This document shows positions 62,501 to 64,000 of a stretch of 64,000 nt of DNA, one piece after another (positions within the stretch are counted from its first letter, which is position 1; each line of letters opens with the position of its first letter). Both the position numbers and the translations under genes were made by a program. A model generated the notes under the pieces. That model was given only the letters and a program-made list of their open reading frames with translations, did not search any database and was not told the origin of the DNA. The DNA is taken from contig JBHGNT010000016.1 in assembly GCA_043228905.1 (NCBI GenBank), positions 15,004,001-15,068,000 on the forward strand. Reading direction: 5' to 3'. The stretch comes from Azolla caroliniana (Eukaryota; Plantae; Polypodiophyta).

Positions 62501-62620
62501 CTTTGTAATGTTGTTGATCATTGTTTCATTCTTGTTCTTGTTAAAACAATTTTCTTGTTTTCAGTATACATTGTTTTCTCTCTCTCTCTCTCTCTCTCTC
62601 ATCCGTTTGGGTTGTTGACA
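59530..62620 (+). mobile_element. 5'-truncated decayed copia element (integrase, RT, RNase H, 3' LTR 62278-62620)
   Basis: PQQNGVVERKN, WDLVP, KAHLVAKGY, HVDD, YTDADWAG, VFHARTKHIEVHYHFI; local duplication of about 96 bp at 60052-60232. Confidence 0.9.
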
Positions 62621-63258
62621 TAAGGAAATGGTTTAGAAGGTGGGGTGTGGATGATCTTTTAGAGCTTTCGGGCAATGCCATGCAATATGTAATGCTTGAG
62701 GAAAGGTTGGTGGAATCATTAAGGATGAAGTGGGAAAATTCTAAGAGGACAAAGCTAGAATACTATATTGCAAATGTCAACCTTGAATGATGGTCTCAAT
62801 ATAAAGGAAGAATGCCTATTGATCGTATCCAACCTTATCTCATTACCAATATGAGTAGTAATGCTTGTAGAGCCCTTACACTACTTCGCACTCGATCTCA
62901 CAAGTTAGGTATTGAAGTTGCATCATGGTATCAAAATGTAACGGACTTGAAGACATGCAAGTACGCAATGAAGGCATAGTAGAGGATGAATGTCACTTGC
63001 TCTTCACATGCTCGACATATAGTGCAATTCGTTCAAGATATGTTGACATACTAAGAGGTCAATAACTTATGTGCCATACTTAAGACACCACCTAGAAGGT
63101 TGAGCTCATATGTGTATGCTTTATTCACACATAGAGAATTTGTGCTTCAATGTATGAATACCCCTTCTTAGGAAGGAAACACATATCAAGAACACATGTA
63201 TACGCTGGTCCCATAGGTCAAAATTGACCTCTTTATGGACAATAAAAATTCTAATACT

Positions 63259-63260
<2 letters not shown>
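62621..63260 (+). mobile_element. LINE ORF2 3' end (RTEX-like), followed by a microsatellite
   Basis: LTLLRTRSHKLGIEVASW and VEDECHLLFTCSTY; AATAAA at 63241, then (CT)n(CA)n at 63262-63338. Confidence 0.7.
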
Positions 63261-63339
<79 letters not shown>

Positions 63340-63392
63340 CTCATCCGCTGCACAGAATCACTCCCAATTCTTTACACTGTGCTAAGCGAGTG

Positions 63393-64000
63393 TTAGCTAT
63401 GTATACAACGTTCTCTACAACTCGACCACACCGATTCGACTCGAAGTGTACACCAATGCCGATTGGGTCGGGTACAAAGCCGACAGACGATCAACATCGG
63501 GATTCTTTTGAACTCCCTCGGCAGCAGAACGATATTGTGGATCAGTAAGAAGAAGCAGACAATCACACTATCAAGCATAAAGGCCAAATACAAGGGCGCG
63601 GCAGTTGCTGCATGCAAAACTGTGTGGCTGAAGAGAATATTGAAGGATCTAGGCGTTCCCATCAAGGGTTTGATTCTCCTGTACTGCGATAACATGAGTA
63701 GTATCCACTTGGCCCACAATCCGGTTTTCCACGCTTGGACAAAGCACATTGAGGTGCATTATCACTTCATCCGAGAGTGTATCCTGACTGGAGATGTCGA
63801 CCTACAACACATCAACATGAATATGAAAACAACCGACAACTTCACAAAGGCCCTGGGTCTGACAAGTTGTGGCAATTAATGACGAACCTAGGCCTTTCTA
63901 TTACCGACTAGTCGAGCTTGAGGGGGAGTATGGATGAGGAGCCGCTAGCCGGAGCCGCCCGACACGAAGCAAAATGAACACAGGAGTGAGCGGGCTATCC
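63393..64000 (+). mobile_element. Copia RNase H fragment running off the window
   Basis: WISKKKQTITLSS, LAHNPVFHAWTKHIEVHYHFIRE; CTTGAGGGGGAG at about 63917. Confidence 0.85.

Overview
Eukaryotic, transposon-saturated DNA, most likely from a non-seed land plant such as a fern (inferred from tRNA-iMet-primed Ty1/copia elements, a tRNA-Trp-primed Ty3/gypsy element, GT-AG introns and heavy C>T decay). I see no intact host gene. Most of the window is a nest of LTR retrotransposons that can be unpicked with LTR pairs and target-site duplications (TSDs): four complete but decayed copia elements (11077-16781, 16921-23239, 45170-51453, 51532-56681), several truncated copia elements and solo LTRs, and a young gypsy element (33600-40611) inside the LTR of a pol-less relative (33091-43358). 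There are also LINE fragments. Removing these insertions exposes older layers. (1) A spliced, pseudogenised gene at 197-2724 (-) encodes a bacterial-type beta-class N4/N6 DNA methyltransferase (DIPY ... QKP ... VLDLFSGTG) behind a possibly ParB-like N-terminal region; the ORF track shows it only as unrelated fragments. (2) Two different Sola-like transposase pseudogenes lie in tandem. (3) A module of about 9 kb combines one transposase with a degenerate FCP1/NIF-phosphatase-like gene, a RING-like gene and arrays of the perfect palindrome TAGCTAATTAGCTA. A recent 1.66-kb inverted duplication, a 288-bp in-frame triplication and a candidate -1 ribosomal frameshift signal are also visible. All family assignments come from motif recognition by eye; no searches were run.
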